This document shows, piece by piece, positions 16,182 through 24,109 of a stretch of DNA of 63,515 nt. This DNA comes from a virus. Both the position numbers and the translations under genes were made by a program. The DNA is taken from IMG/VR virus record IMGVR_UViG_3300029258_001393, positions 1-63,515 of that record. One strand, given 5' to 3'. The notes beneath the pieces are model-generated. The model searched no databases and was not told the origin of the DNA. It saw only the letters and a program-made list of their open reading frames with translations. Positions within the stretch are counted from its first letter, which is position 1. Each line of letters begins with the position of its first letter.

Positions 16182-17080
16182 AATCCCTCCATTGCTTCGC
16201 ATTGCTCGGATACCTCACAATAACCGTTACATCTTCGGCCTTCCCATGATTCCCAATCGTTGCATTTTCGGACGTAACCAGTCTTAAAAGCCTCATCAAC
16301 TTCAGACTGTAAAAAGTCATAAAAATTATGGACTTCATTATCTTGCATGAAAGGCACCGGGATTATATAAAGGTTGTCTTCAATACCCCTGCTTTTTGCA
16401 ATGTAAGTGCCGCCATCTCTTGGTATGGCTTGTATTTCCATGCGAGATATAGGGAACCCTGCTTTCTCAAAAAAGATACGATATCGGTTAAGTTGTAAGA
16501 TCTCTGATTTTAAATCGGCTTTGGCAGGATCAAGGATTCTTGTGGATTCAATTTTGGTTTTGGGTTTTCCTTTATTCTTGCCGGATTTCAACAAAACAGG
16601 ATTACCCTCAGCATCTAAAATAGGCACATCTTTTTTCTCAATGATAAGCCCCATTGCTTTCGCAACCTTGAAAGACCCCCACGTCTTATAGTCAGTCAAG
16701 ACATAGGAATTAGGGTCAGACTCATCAACATCAAGCGTGTCCGCAATACCTCTCATTTTCTCATCGGATAATGGTTCCTCAGACAGCACATCATTGATAT
16801 AGCGGTGCATTCCCAGGCTATTGTGTGTGCTTGTTCCAAACGCAGCCCATACCCTGTCTTGTGGATTAATTGAATAGTCGTTTACGGCCTTCAGATAGAG
16901 CAATCTTGGGCCGTTTCCTGCCGACGAAGGGCTAACCCCTCTCCATTCACGATCATAGCTAATAAGCCGAAGATATGGCCGTGTGGCGCATCTTTTACCC
17001 ATGCGACAACCACCGCTTTCAAGACATTTAGCTATCTCTATTTGCTCTCCATCGGGACAAATAAAATGTGTAGTTGGCAT
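16163..17080 (-). CDS. PD-(D/E)XK exonuclease with a Cas4-like Cys cluster
   Basis: N-terminal Cys residues, core LTDYKTWGS, and C-terminal CNDWESWEGRRCNGYCEVSEQC. Paired with the annealing protein. Confidence 0.6.
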   Translation of the reverse strand: MPTTHFICPDGEQIEIAKCLESGGCRMGKRCATRPYLRLISYDREWRGVSPSSAGNGPRLLYLKAVNDYSINPQDRVWAAFGTSTHNSLGMHRYINDVLSEEPLSDEKMRGIADTLDVDESDPNSYVLTDYKTWGSFKVAKAMGLIIEKKDVPILDAEGNPVLLKSGKNKGKPKTKIESTRILDPAKADLKSEILQLNRYRIFFEKAGFPISRMEIQAIPRDGGTYIAKSRGIEDNLYIIPVPFMQDNEVHNFYDFLQSEVDEAFKTGYVRKCNDWESWEGRRCNGYCEVSEQCEAMEGLCQNVV

Positions 17081-17137
17081 TTAGTTTTCCTCCATTCTAT
17101 ACTCAATTTCATCAATATGGATTCTGAGTTCCCAGTT

Positions 17138-17329
17138 TCAGATGATACCTTTTTCAATTGCCAACCACTCGGGAATGATAAACTCATAATCATCGCTTTT
17201 TGCGCTGAGTCGTCGGCATTCCTGAACTTGGCTTTTAGGAATCCAAACTTCATTCGCACCGTCATAAACCAAATAGGCAGCATCGGTTTCATGTTTGACT
17301 TCACCACAGAATTCTATTGGATGGGGCAT
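17138..17329 (-). CDS. hypothetical protein (63 aa)
   Basis: GGGAGG SD. Operon packing. Confidence 0.5.
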   Translation of the reverse strand: MPHPIEFCGEVKHETDAAYLVYDGANEVWIPKSQVQECRRLSAKSDDYEFIIPEWLAIEKGII

Positions 17330-17522
17330 TGTTCACCTCCCAGTGTTCGCAGGATCTTTCCCCTACCTTAGTCCCCGGATCCTCTTCATTAGTCCATGAT
17401 CGCTGATCCGGGAAATGTTTTCCCCAAAATCCACAGTGCGCCCACCCGCCGGACTTTCGGGGTTTGTAGCCGAAATGGTGACAGTTCGCGCAGATTTTAG
17501 GACAGCGATAAAGAGTCGTCAT
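17301..17522 (-). CDS. Cys/His-rich mini-protein
   Basis: MTTLYRCPKICANCHHF...HCGFW...CEHW. The start is chosen at the internal ATG 17522. Confidence 0.45.
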   Translation of the reverse strand: MTTLYRCPKICANCHHFGYKPRKSGGWAHCGFWGKHFPDQRSWTNEEDPGTKVGERSCEHWEVNNAPSNRILW

Positions 17523-17688
17523 GTCCGCAATCCCGACAAAAGTAATGATCGTTAGCAAAACTCATCGGCGCGCCACATACCGGGCAGGGCTGAACATTAC
17601 AGCCGATCTCTATGGGTATTACGGCACCGACCAAGAACGCATAGGGTTTCTTGCCGATTTTAAATGCTATGGGGCATACGGCTATCAT
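17497..17688 (-). CDS. Zn-ribbon mini-protein (63 aa)
   Basis: CPVCG...CRDCG. ATGA overlap with the upstream gene. Confidence 0.5.
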   Translation of the reverse strand: MIAVCPIAFKIGKKPYAFLVGAVIPIEIGCNVQPCPVCGAPMSFANDHYFCRDCGHDDSLSLS

Positions 17689-17858
17689 ACTGTTACCTCC
17701 TTGTTGGCGGCGTTCATCATCTTGTTTGCTCGGGAAACAGCTTTCTCAATCTTTTTTAATGCGATGTACGTTTCTCCCTGCCAGTGTTCAGACCCGCCGG
17801 TAATGTCAATCATGTATTCACAGGCGTCGATTAATTCCTGTGTGATTTCGGGTTCCAT
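17685..17858 (-). CDS. hypothetical protein (57 aa)
   Basis: AAGGAGG SD before ATG 17858. Not in the track (<60 aa). Confidence 0.45.
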   Translation of the reverse strand: MEPEITQELIDACEYMIDITGGSEHWQGETYIALKKIEKAVSRANKMMNAANKEVTV

Positions 17859-17932
17859 GTTTTTACCTCCTTGGTTTTGTTTTCCTTAACCTATTTGGTT
17901 AAGAGAAATGGTTAATCGTATGTGTCCGCCAT

Positions 17933-18061
17933 TTACTTTCCATTTTGTTTCCTCCAGTTTTTATAACAACCGCCTTCGAAGCATGTCCGGCAGGGTGCCT
18001 CGTTTGCCGGGCGAGCGGCGTATTTGCAATTTGAACAGAAATGTTCTCGTTCTTCGGACAT
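17933..18061 (-). CDS. Zn-ribbon mini-protein (42 aa)
   Basis: AAGGAGG SD. CSNC...CRTC. Not in the track (<60 aa). Confidence 0.45.
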   Translation of the reverse strand: MSEEREHFCSNCKYAARPANEAPCRTCFEGGCYKNWRKQNGK

Positions 18062-18174
18062 GGTTAAACCTCCTTAGTCGTGAATGACTGGCGGGTGTCT
18101 TATCTTCCTCTCTTTTCCCGTAGGTGGCATATTAAGAGCCAAAGAGCTGTCAACTGTACTCCCGCCAGGGCTTA

Positions 18175-18369
18175 TTACAATGAAGCCTGCAACATGGCGT
18201 GTTCGTGGTTCAATTTGATAATGTCCTGATACAAGAGCGTGTCAACGGTCTCGGCCCTGATCGTGCTAACCTGGTTTTTTAACAAGTCTCGTTCGATCAT
18301 GAGACGGTGGTTTTCGTCCTCAAGCTCTTCGATTCTGTCAACGAGTTGGATCATTTTTTTGTTTTTCAT
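18175..18369 (-). CDS. coiled-coil mini-protein (64 aa)
   Basis: AAGGAGG SD before ATG 18369. Heptad-like sequence IQLVDRIEELEDENHRLMIERDLLKNQV. Confidence 0.5.
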   Translation of the reverse strand: MKNKKMIQLVDRIEELEDENHRLMIERDLLKNQVSTIRAETVDTLLYQDIIKLNHEHAMLQASL

Positions 18370-18435
18370 TTTTAGCCTCCTTGGTTTAAATGGTTGATAA
18401 GACTTGGCACGTCCATTTTTCGCCATTCCCGAATG

Positions 18436-18564
18436 TCAGTCCCACGATCTCTGAGAGTGTGCGTGGCGTAAATCGGGTTCCGGCTTATCCGGGCTCCGGT
18501 GGCAGTAGTAAAGTGTTTCTTTACAAGTGCGCCGTTTGCCGGGGATTCTCTTAAATAGGGTCAT
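18436..18564 (-). CDS. possible 42-aa basic protein
   Basis: ATGA overlap with the upstream stop. GGAGA SD. Confidence 0.35.
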   Translation of the reverse strand: MTLFKRIPGKRRTCKETLYYCHRSPDKPEPDLRHAHSQRSWD

Positions 18565-18932
18565 TGTAATTCTCCGTAATTGTGGACTACAACGCCCCAC
18601 GTTAGGATGTTAGCAGGGATTAAAAACCATTTGCGATACTCTGGCTCAATCCAGTCGGTAATGAAATAACAGGCTGTTAGACCGATTATTTTCAGGGGGA
18701 TGGTTCTTTCTTCGTGACCGTCAAAAACAGGATTGTATTCTTCCCCGCCATCGACAAGGATTTCCGAGGTAATCGCAGCATCGAGGGCTTGACCGGCGAC
18801 CAGACCCGTAAACATAACCTTGGTGGGCGTATCCCATTTTTGATAGCGACCACAGCCCATCAGAAACAGGCATATAATCATTATGAGCCAGCATATTAGA
18901 GCCTCAATTAAATGACGATTCCGGGTTGACAT
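18561..18932 (-). CDS. membrane lipoprotein, first gene of the leftward early operon
   Basis: Signal peptide plus lipobox LFLMGC, and a second hydrophobic segment. AGGAGG SD. Confidence 0.6.
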   Translation of the reverse strand: MSTRNRHLIEALICWLIMIICLFLMGCGRYQKWDTPTKVMFTGLVAGQALDAAITSEILVDGGEEYNPVFDGHEERTIPLKIIGLTACYFITDWIEPEYRKWFLIPANILTWGVVVHNYGELQ

Positions 18933-18969
18933 GATTGCCTCCTATGCGGTTTGGTAAGTTTTTATCTCT

Positions 18970-19087
18970 TGTGCCAAATGGTACATGAAAAAAAATAGCT
19001 TGTCAAGGAAAAAAGAACCAAATGGTACATTAAGGCAAAAATAATTTAAAAATATATATTGACAAAGGGTACATTATCATATATTCT
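18970..19087. promoter_or_regulatory. genetic switch: divergent promoters with palindromic operators
   Basis: Operators TGTGCCAAATGGTACA (18970-18985) and AGAACCAAATGGTACA (19014-19029), plus a half-site GGGTACA (19067-19073). Leftward promoter: -35 19001-19006, -10 18978-18983 (TTGACA-17-TACCAT). Rightward promoter: TTGACA 19059-19064, 17 nt, TATTCT 19082-19087. Confidence 0.65.
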
Positions 19088-19093
19088 GCAACC

Positions 19094-19465
19094 ATGAAAA
19101 AAATATTACTAACGAGATTATGGACAGTTTTTGTTCAGCTTGTGAATAAATATATGTCCGATCACAACATGACTCAACAAGAATTGGCCGACTTGGTTGG
19201 TATGCAACGCAGTCACCTTAATGCTATGCTCAACAAAGCACCTTCTCGACCTCTAAGTGCATATTACCTATTAAAATTTATAAGGAAAGGAGTTATAACT
19301 GTGGCCCAAATCAAAGATGGTCAAATTGAGTCAGACCGTGAGCAAGAGTTTTGGGATCAAGCAAAGGAAGCTGAGAACCTTAAACTATTGTCTAAGATTG
19401 CAAGAATCAGACAGCAAGGTATAGATTTTGAGAAGTTTTTAGAGATTCATTTTCCAGATATTTAA
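19094..19465 (+). CDS. HTH (XRE/CI-like) repressor
   Basis: HTH MTQQELADLVGMQRSHLNAML. No SD, and the ATG sits about 7 nt after the -10, so the mRNA is probably leaderless. Flanked by operator clusters. Confidence 0.65.
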   Translation: MKKILLTRLWTVFVQLVNKYMSDHNMTQQELADLVGMQRSHLNAMLNKAPSRPLSAYYLLKFIRKGVITVAQIKDGQIESDREQEFWDQAKEAENLKLLSKIARIRQQGIDFEKFLEIHFPDI

Positions 19466-19487
19466 TCTATTTTTTTTAGTATGTTAT

Positions 19488-19555
19488 AGTACCGATTGGT
19501 AACAATTCCTATTATTAGGATATTTTTTTTGTTTTTTAGTGTACCAAATGGCACA
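19488..19555. promoter_or_regulatory. second operator cluster (right early control region)
   Basis: AGTACCGATTGGTAAC (19488-19503) and TGTACCAAATGGCACA (19540-19555) match the 16-bp palindrome of the left cluster. Confidence 0.55.
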
Positions 19556-19711
19556 CAACATGGACCCCGATTAACTACCATGCCAAATATGCAAAATCAA
19601 TACGAAGAAAGCATGAAAAAAGCATTAATTTTTGCAAATAATTTTCTAATGCTTTGGTATTAGATGGGAAGTTTTTTACCTAATGCTTTTTTAATACTTC
19701 GGAGGTAAAAC

Positions 19712-19879
19712 ATGAGAGTTTTAAAGGTTTTCATCGTCACATTTTTACTGACGTTTGGCATACAAGCGGCCTTAGATCTTCCGGCGGTGAAGCGATATAT
19801 CAAGAAAGAAATCAGAACCGCTAAGATTTTATGTCTCAAATTAAAATATAATATCAGGCCGAGGGGATTGAACCTTTAA
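19712..19879 (+). CDS. small membrane protein (55 aa)
   Basis: CGGAGG SD. Hydrophobic N-terminus VFIVTFLLTFGIQAAL. The stop abuts the ATG of the initiator gene. Confidence 0.45.
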   Translation: MRVLKVFIVTFLLTFGIQAALDLPAVKRYIKKEIRTAKILCLKLKYNIRPRGLNL

Positions 19880-20590
19880 ATGGCGAACCCGCAACCGGAT
19901 AAATTTACAAAATGGAGCAATGAATTGTTAGAGGCGATTATCCAATATCCATTTACAGCCAATGAATATGCCGTGATGTTATTTATTGGTAGAAATACTT
20001 ATGGTTATGGGGAAAAGACCATCAACTTGAGGGTGTCGAAAATAGCAGAGGGTTCAAATATATCAAAAAAGGTTATAAGTCGGGTGCTTAGATCGCTTTT
20101 ATCATCAAGTTGTATACTCTACCATCAAGTTGAGGGTAAAACAGGCGTAACTATTGGAATACAAAAAGATTATGATAAGTGGAAGCAAAGAAAGAAAGAA
20201 AAGAAAAACACCATCAAGTTGAGGGTAAAACACCATCAAGTTGAGGGTAAAACGAAAATTATACCTTCTAGTATAAAAGAAAAAAGAAATAAAACTAATA
20301 AGGGGGGTAATAATTCAGACCTCCCAAAATTAGAAGATTTAAAATCCAAATTTCCATGGCTCGACATTTCAAGTTGGAGTGAATTTCGGGATCATCGTCT
20401 TAATCTTTTCAAGAAAACCAAGCGACATCCATTCAACTCTCTCGCAGAAACCAAAGCGCTAAACAAATTAAAATCGTTTATCGATCTTGGATATAAACAA
20501 TCTGAGATTTTAGATCCGTCAATTATTTCCGGGTGGGCGGGTATATTCAAACCCAAAGAAGAACCAAAACGAGAACTGGGGGATTTCTAA
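19880..20590 (+). CDS. replication initiator, lambda O-like N-terminal domain
   Basis: FTKWSNELLEAIIQYPFTANEYAVMLFIGRNTYGYGEK fits the replication protein O N-terminus. Iterons lie inside the gene. Confidence 0.75.
   Translation: MANPQPDKFTKWSNELLEAIIQYPFTANEYAVMLFIGRNTYGYGEKTINLRVSKIAEGSNISKKVISRVLRSLLSSSCILYHQVEGKTGVTIGIQKDYDKWKQRKKEKKNTIKLRVKHHQVEGKTKIIPSSIKEKRNKTNKGGNNSDLPKLEDLKSKFPWLDISSWSEFRDHRLNLFKKTKRHPFNSLAETKALNKLKSFIDLGYKQSEILDPSIISGWAGIFKPKEEPKRELGDF
20018..20305. other. origin of replication: iterons plus an AT-rich tract inside the initiator gene
   Basis: ACCATCAA(C/G)TTGAGGGT at 20018 and 20121, a 22-bp tandem pair at 20209-20252, a degenerate copy at 20101, then an A/T-rich stretch at 20255-20305. 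Confidence 0.7.
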
Positions 20591-20591
20591 A

Positions 20592-21167
20592 ATGGACCAA
20601 AAAAGAGAATTTGCACTGACAATGAATCAGCTTGGCAATTATTTCGGGCTGAAAATCACAACAGAAATCACCAAATCATATTACGATCAACTAAACTACA
20701 TCCCACAGCCCAGTTTTAACGATATTTGCCAAAAGATCATTTCAGAGCGTAAACCTTTCAAATCTCAATTCCCGACAATCAGTCAGTTTGGTCCTCTTTA
20801 CGAATCACACAAACCCCATACAGACTATGAAAAACCTGAGTTTGAAGCTGAACCTTGCGACGAGTGCGGGGGGGAAGGTCTTATCTATTACAAAGTATGG
20901 AATTTTAAACTCGGAGTTGCGTACACCACTCATGCGGCGTGTGGCAGATGCCAAAATTGGCGACGTTTTTTTAATACCCTGGCACCTCACACCGTTTTTA
21001 CTGGCGATGGAAAAAGGCTGTATCGTAATCCAGGGATAGCGCAAACCACAAAAGAAGAATTAAGGCTAAAACGTGGCCTTATTGAAATCTCAAACAATGG
21101 TGTTTTCACTATGACCAAGGATGAGATATCGGAAAGAGTTTTAATGTTTTACGGAAAAACACAATAG
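20592..21167 (+). CDS. replication-associated protein with a Zn-binding motif (possible helicase loader)
   Basis: Follows the initiator by 1 nt. CDECGGEG...CGRC. No family recognised. Confidence 0.4.
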   Translation: MDQKREFALTMNQLGNYFGLKITTEITKSYYDQLNYIPQPSFNDICQKIISERKPFKSQFPTISQFGPLYESHKPHTDYEKPEFEAEPCDECGGEGLIYYKVWNFKLGVAYTTHAACGRCQNWRRFFNTLAPHTVFTGDGKRLYRNPGIAQTTKEELRLKRGLIEISNNGVFTMTKDEISERVLMFYGKTQ

Positions 21168-21179
21168 GGAGGATAAACC

Positions 21180-21542
21180 ATGGATGATATGGACAAAGTT
21201 ATTTTATGGGAAGGCGCAAAGAGGCTTGCCTGGATCGTAGGGTTAGGGTTGATTTCAGCGGCGATAATGTTTTTTGCCGTGATCGGCGTTTACGATGCGA
21301 TCTGGAACGTGCCTGCAAAGGTTGTCGAGATCGCAGAGCTAACAGACAGCCGGGACGCATGGCGGGCCCGGGCAAAAGAGCTGGATAAATATATCGAGAC
21401 CCGCGAGGGGCAGTATCGAGTAGCGACTAAATGCGATCAGTTGTGGATGATGGTGGCGGATCCTAATCAGGTTATGGACTTCGAGGGCCTTGAAGAATAT
21501 TTAAAAAGTAAAAAGGCATTTTTTAAGCGGGTAAAGAAATGA
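21180..21542 (+). CDS. membrane-anchored hypothetical protein (120 aa)
   Basis: GGGAGG SD. TM helix LAWIVGLGLISAAIMFFAVIGVY. Confidence 0.55.
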   Translation: MDDMDKVILWEGAKRLAWIVGLGLISAAIMFFAVIGVYDAIWNVPAKVVEIAELTDSRDAWRARAKELDKYIETREGQYRVATKCDQLWMMVADPNQVMDFEGLEEYLKSKKAFFKRVKK

Positions 21543-21679
21543 AAATAATTAGAATATATATCTTGGCGGTAAAGTATTGGTTGTGTGGGGATAAGTGGAG
21601 GTTTGCAGTAGAATATGCGACGGCGTTGGTAAAAGGCTGGAAATGTGGATCACAAAGAACGAATCAAAATAGCGAATAG
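21539..21679 (+). CDS. possible 46-aa protein
   Basis: ATGA overlap with the upstream stop. Confidence 0.3.
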   Translation: MKIIRIYILAVKYWLCGDKWRFAVEYATALVKGWKCGSQRTNQNSE

Positions 21680-21812
21680 GATTTACGCGGCGATCTTTAA
21701 GTTATCGATTTCGGTCTTTAATTTTCGGAACGGGGATCTGGAACTGCCACAGTTGCGATGGGAGTTTGTCGAGTTTATAGGCAACTTAAACCGAATGATG
21801 AAAGGAGATTGA
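21645..21812 (+). CDS. possible 55-aa protein (GTG start)
   Basis: Open frame encoding DHKERIKIANRIYAAIFKL..., ending 2 nt before the next gene's ATG. Confidence 0.3.
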   Translation: MDHKERIKIANRIYAAIFKLSISVFNFRNGDLELPQLRWEFVEFIGNLNRMMKGD

Positions 21813-21814
21813 TT

Positions 21815-22087
21815 ATGGAAAAGGCAGAATTAATGGGAGATAACAAAAGGCCAAAATATATTGATATAATAGACGCTGTTAATCGGTTGGTGTCTGTCCG
21901 GTCTTCCGTGGAAAAACTATGTGATGATATTTGCGGGATAGTGGAAAGCCCATCCCCAAAAAGCGAAAAGCCACCCGAAAGAAGACTTTGCCTTCTTGAA
22001 GTGTTGGAAAATATACCAGGGGACATCAAGGCCGAGTGTAACATGATCGAAAAGGTGGTTGAGGAAATCCGGGCGCAGATTCTCTAA
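21815..22087 (+). CDS. hypothetical protein (90 aa)
   Basis: AAAGGAG SD before ATG 21815. The track start at 21758 is an unsupported extension. Confidence 0.5.
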   Translation: MEKAELMGDNKRPKYIDIIDAVNRLVSVRSSVEKLCDDICGIVESPSPKSEKPPERRLCLLEVLENIPGDIKAECNMIEKVVEEIRAQIL

Positions 22088-22407
22088 TGAAACCAATAAT
22101 AAAATCAAAATACGCACTGATGAATAAGACAGAGGAGAGGTATGCCCGACGACTTGAGAATATGAAGTTAGCGGCATTGATAATAGATTGGCGTTTTGAT
22201 GAGTTGAATTTTCGGTTAGCCAAAAAAACGCATTATCGGCCCGATTTTTTAGTTATCACAACAGATAGAATTGAGATGCACGAGGTTAAGGGGTTTTGGC
22301 GTGATGACGCAAGGGTTAAAATTAAAATGGCTGCAAGAATGTTCCCTTGGTTTCGATGGGTAGCGGTTCAGTGGAAGAAGAAACAATGGGTTTTTGAATC
22401 ATTTTAA
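22087..22407 (+). CDS. PD-(D/E)XK nuclease (DUF1064-like, possible Holliday-junction resolvase)
   Basis: YRPDFLV...IEMHEVKG gives the D...E-x-K core. Confidence 0.55.
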   Translation: MKPIIKSKYALMNKTEERYARRLENMKLAALIIDWRFDELNFRLAKKTHYRPDFLVITTDRIEMHEVKGFWRDDARVKIKMAARMFPWFRWVAVQWKKKQWVFESF

Positions 22408-22419
22408 AGGAGAAAAACC

Positions 22420-22554
22420 ATGAAAGATGCAATTCTATTGTTTGTGTATATCGTCCTTTTGTTCGCTTTGATGCTATCTCGATATCGAGCGATAGGGATT
22501 AAGAAACCGGATCGAAGGTTGATACTGCGGAGACTGAAACGCTTTGTTGGATAA
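22420..22554 (+). CDS. small membrane protein (44 aa)
   Basis: AAAGGAG SD. Hydrophobic ILLFVYIVLLFALML. Confidence 0.4.
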   Translation: MKDAILLFVYIVLLFALMLSRYRAIGIKKPDRRLILRRLKRFVG

Positions 22555-22555
22555 C

Positions 22556-23410
22556 ATGCAAAAATCGCCATGTCATGAATGCCCTAATTTAAAAACACCC
22601 AAAAACCATGAACCATGCGCGAGTTGCCCTCTTCCTATCCAGTACGACGATGCGTTAAAGCAAGAATTCTTCCCATCAATGGCATTTTTACGAGAATCAC
22701 GGCCGGATCACTGGGGCATACAAACAGCGAAGGAGAAAAGAGAAATGGCAAAACAAGAAAACAACCTGTATTACAAGAATTGTGATCAGTGCGGAGAGAA
22801 AAAACGCGCCGATACGTATTTTGAAAAGGCGGGCAACAGCGAGGATGGATACAGAAATACGTGTTCGAAGTGCATTAGAGATAACCGGATGAAGAAAGAA
22901 GAAGAGCACGTAAGGGCAAAAGCAGCCGCCGACGCTCTTTCTAAAAAACCCTTCACGTCTGAGAATAAAGAGCCGCCCGAAAAGAAGACCGGCAAGTTCA
23001 CCGTCTCTGTCGATTTGCCTAAATATTGCGCCCAGGAGGGAATCTCTGTCGAAAAAGTGACATCGGATTCTAAGATGCCGGTTATCGCGGACGCTCGTAA
23101 ACGTATCGCCAGGGCCATGGTTGCAGATGGTATCGACCGGAAGCTTGTTGCGTTAAAACTAAAAATCGGCGCATCAACGCTCTGGAATTATTTACAAGAG
23201 GATAATCCGGAAAGTGATAAACCCAAAAAGCCCGAAGTGATTAAAAAAGATAAGCCGGTTATCACCCTGGACTTTACAGACCGTGAAGATTTGTATGAGG
23301 AAATATGTAATATCGCTGAAGAGCGATTACGGAAACCCGCTGGTCAGGTTTTATGGTGGCTGATGAATGCGGATTTTGATAAACTAATAGGGGGTATGGC
23401 CGGTGAGTGA
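22556..23410 (+). CDS. Cys-rich DNA-binding protein with a DnaA-domain-IV-like HTH (candidate regulator)
   Basis: N-terminal CHECP...CASCP and CDQCG...CSKC. C-terminal PVIADARKRIARAMVADGIDRKLVALKLKIGASTLWNY. Confidence 0.45.
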   Translation: MQKSPCHECPNLKTPKNHEPCASCPLPIQYDDALKQEFFPSMAFLRESRPDHWGIQTAKEKREMAKQENNLYYKNCDQCGEKKRADTYFEKAGNSEDGYRNTCSKCIRDNRMKKEEEHVRAKAAADALSKKPFTSENKEPPEKKTGKFTVSVDLPKYCAQEGISVEKVTSDSKMPVIADARKRIARAMVADGIDRKLVALKLKIGASTLWNYLQEDNPESDKPKKPEVIKKDKPVITLDFTDREDLYEEICNIAEERLRKPAGQVLWWLMNADFDKLIGGMAGE

Positions 23411-23627
23411 AAACGAAAGACATATTGAGGGATGGAAGAATATCGCAAAACTGTTTCCTATGATCAGTGAGGAGACGGTTAGGAAAAAGTACGGAAAAGA
23501 AATGTTATCAGGCGGTTGGGTGTTTAAAACCCTAAGAGGAAAGCATAAAAGCCCGAGGATTTGGGCCTATCCATCAATCGTAAAACAATTTATTGCAAAA
23601 AAACAAATCGACCATGGTTATGTATGA
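23403..23627 (+). CDS. small HTH protein (AlpA/Xis-like)
   Basis: The pattern EGWKNIAKLFPMISEETVRKKY. GTG start overlaps the upstream stop. Confidence 0.4.
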   Translation: MSENERHIEGWKNIAKLFPMISEETVRKKYGKEMLSGGWVFKTLRGKHKSPRIWAYPSIVKQFIAKKQIDHGYV

Positions 23628-23647
23628 ACCCCGACCGGAGCCGGGGT
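23628..23647. terminator. bidirectional hairpin between convergent genes
   Basis: ACCCCG-accggagc-CGGGGT stem-loop between the ends of 23403..23627 and 23655..24083. Confidence 0.5.
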
Positions 23648-23654
23648 GGTTTAA

Positions 23655-24083
23655 TTATAAAAGTGATTTGATATAATCTTCAATAGTTCCTTCTGAATTT
23701 TTTGCGGTCTGTGAATACCAAAATGCATTTGCCCATATTTCCAAACACGCGGCTTGAAATGTGGTGAGGTTTCCGAGTTTTTCAAAAAACGGATCTTTTT
23801 CAATGTTCCATTTTTTGTCCAGCCGGTATAGTGCAACACCGTCCGTGCAATTCATGGTGAGATGGCGTCCGTAATTGTCGGAACCGATCATGCTGCCGTT
23901 CATCACGTCCAACATGATGCCAAGCTCCCCCTGCGAAAACCGTTCTTTTAGCTCATTCAGTGTGAGCCGGAACAATCCCGGCCAGCTATTGAGGATATGT
24001 TCACAGCCTGCGTTCAGGGTGCGGAATTGACCGGGGATAAACTCAGCGGTTGTTTTTGAGATTCTTGGTGCGGTCTTAATCAT
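23655..24083 (-). CDS. hypothetical protein (142 aa), second gene of the reverse-oriented cassette
   Basis: GAGGAG SD. No recognisable motif. Confidence 0.6.
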   Translation of the reverse strand: MIKTAPRISKTTAEFIPGQFRTLNAGCEHILNSWPGLFRLTLNELKERFSQGELGIMLDVMNGSMIGSDNYGRHLTMNCTDGVALYRLDKKWNIEKDPFFEKLGNLTTFQAACLEIWANAFWYSQTAKNSEGTIEDYIKSLL

Positions 24084-24109
24084 GGTTTTTCTCCTCGAGG
24101 TTAAGGTTT

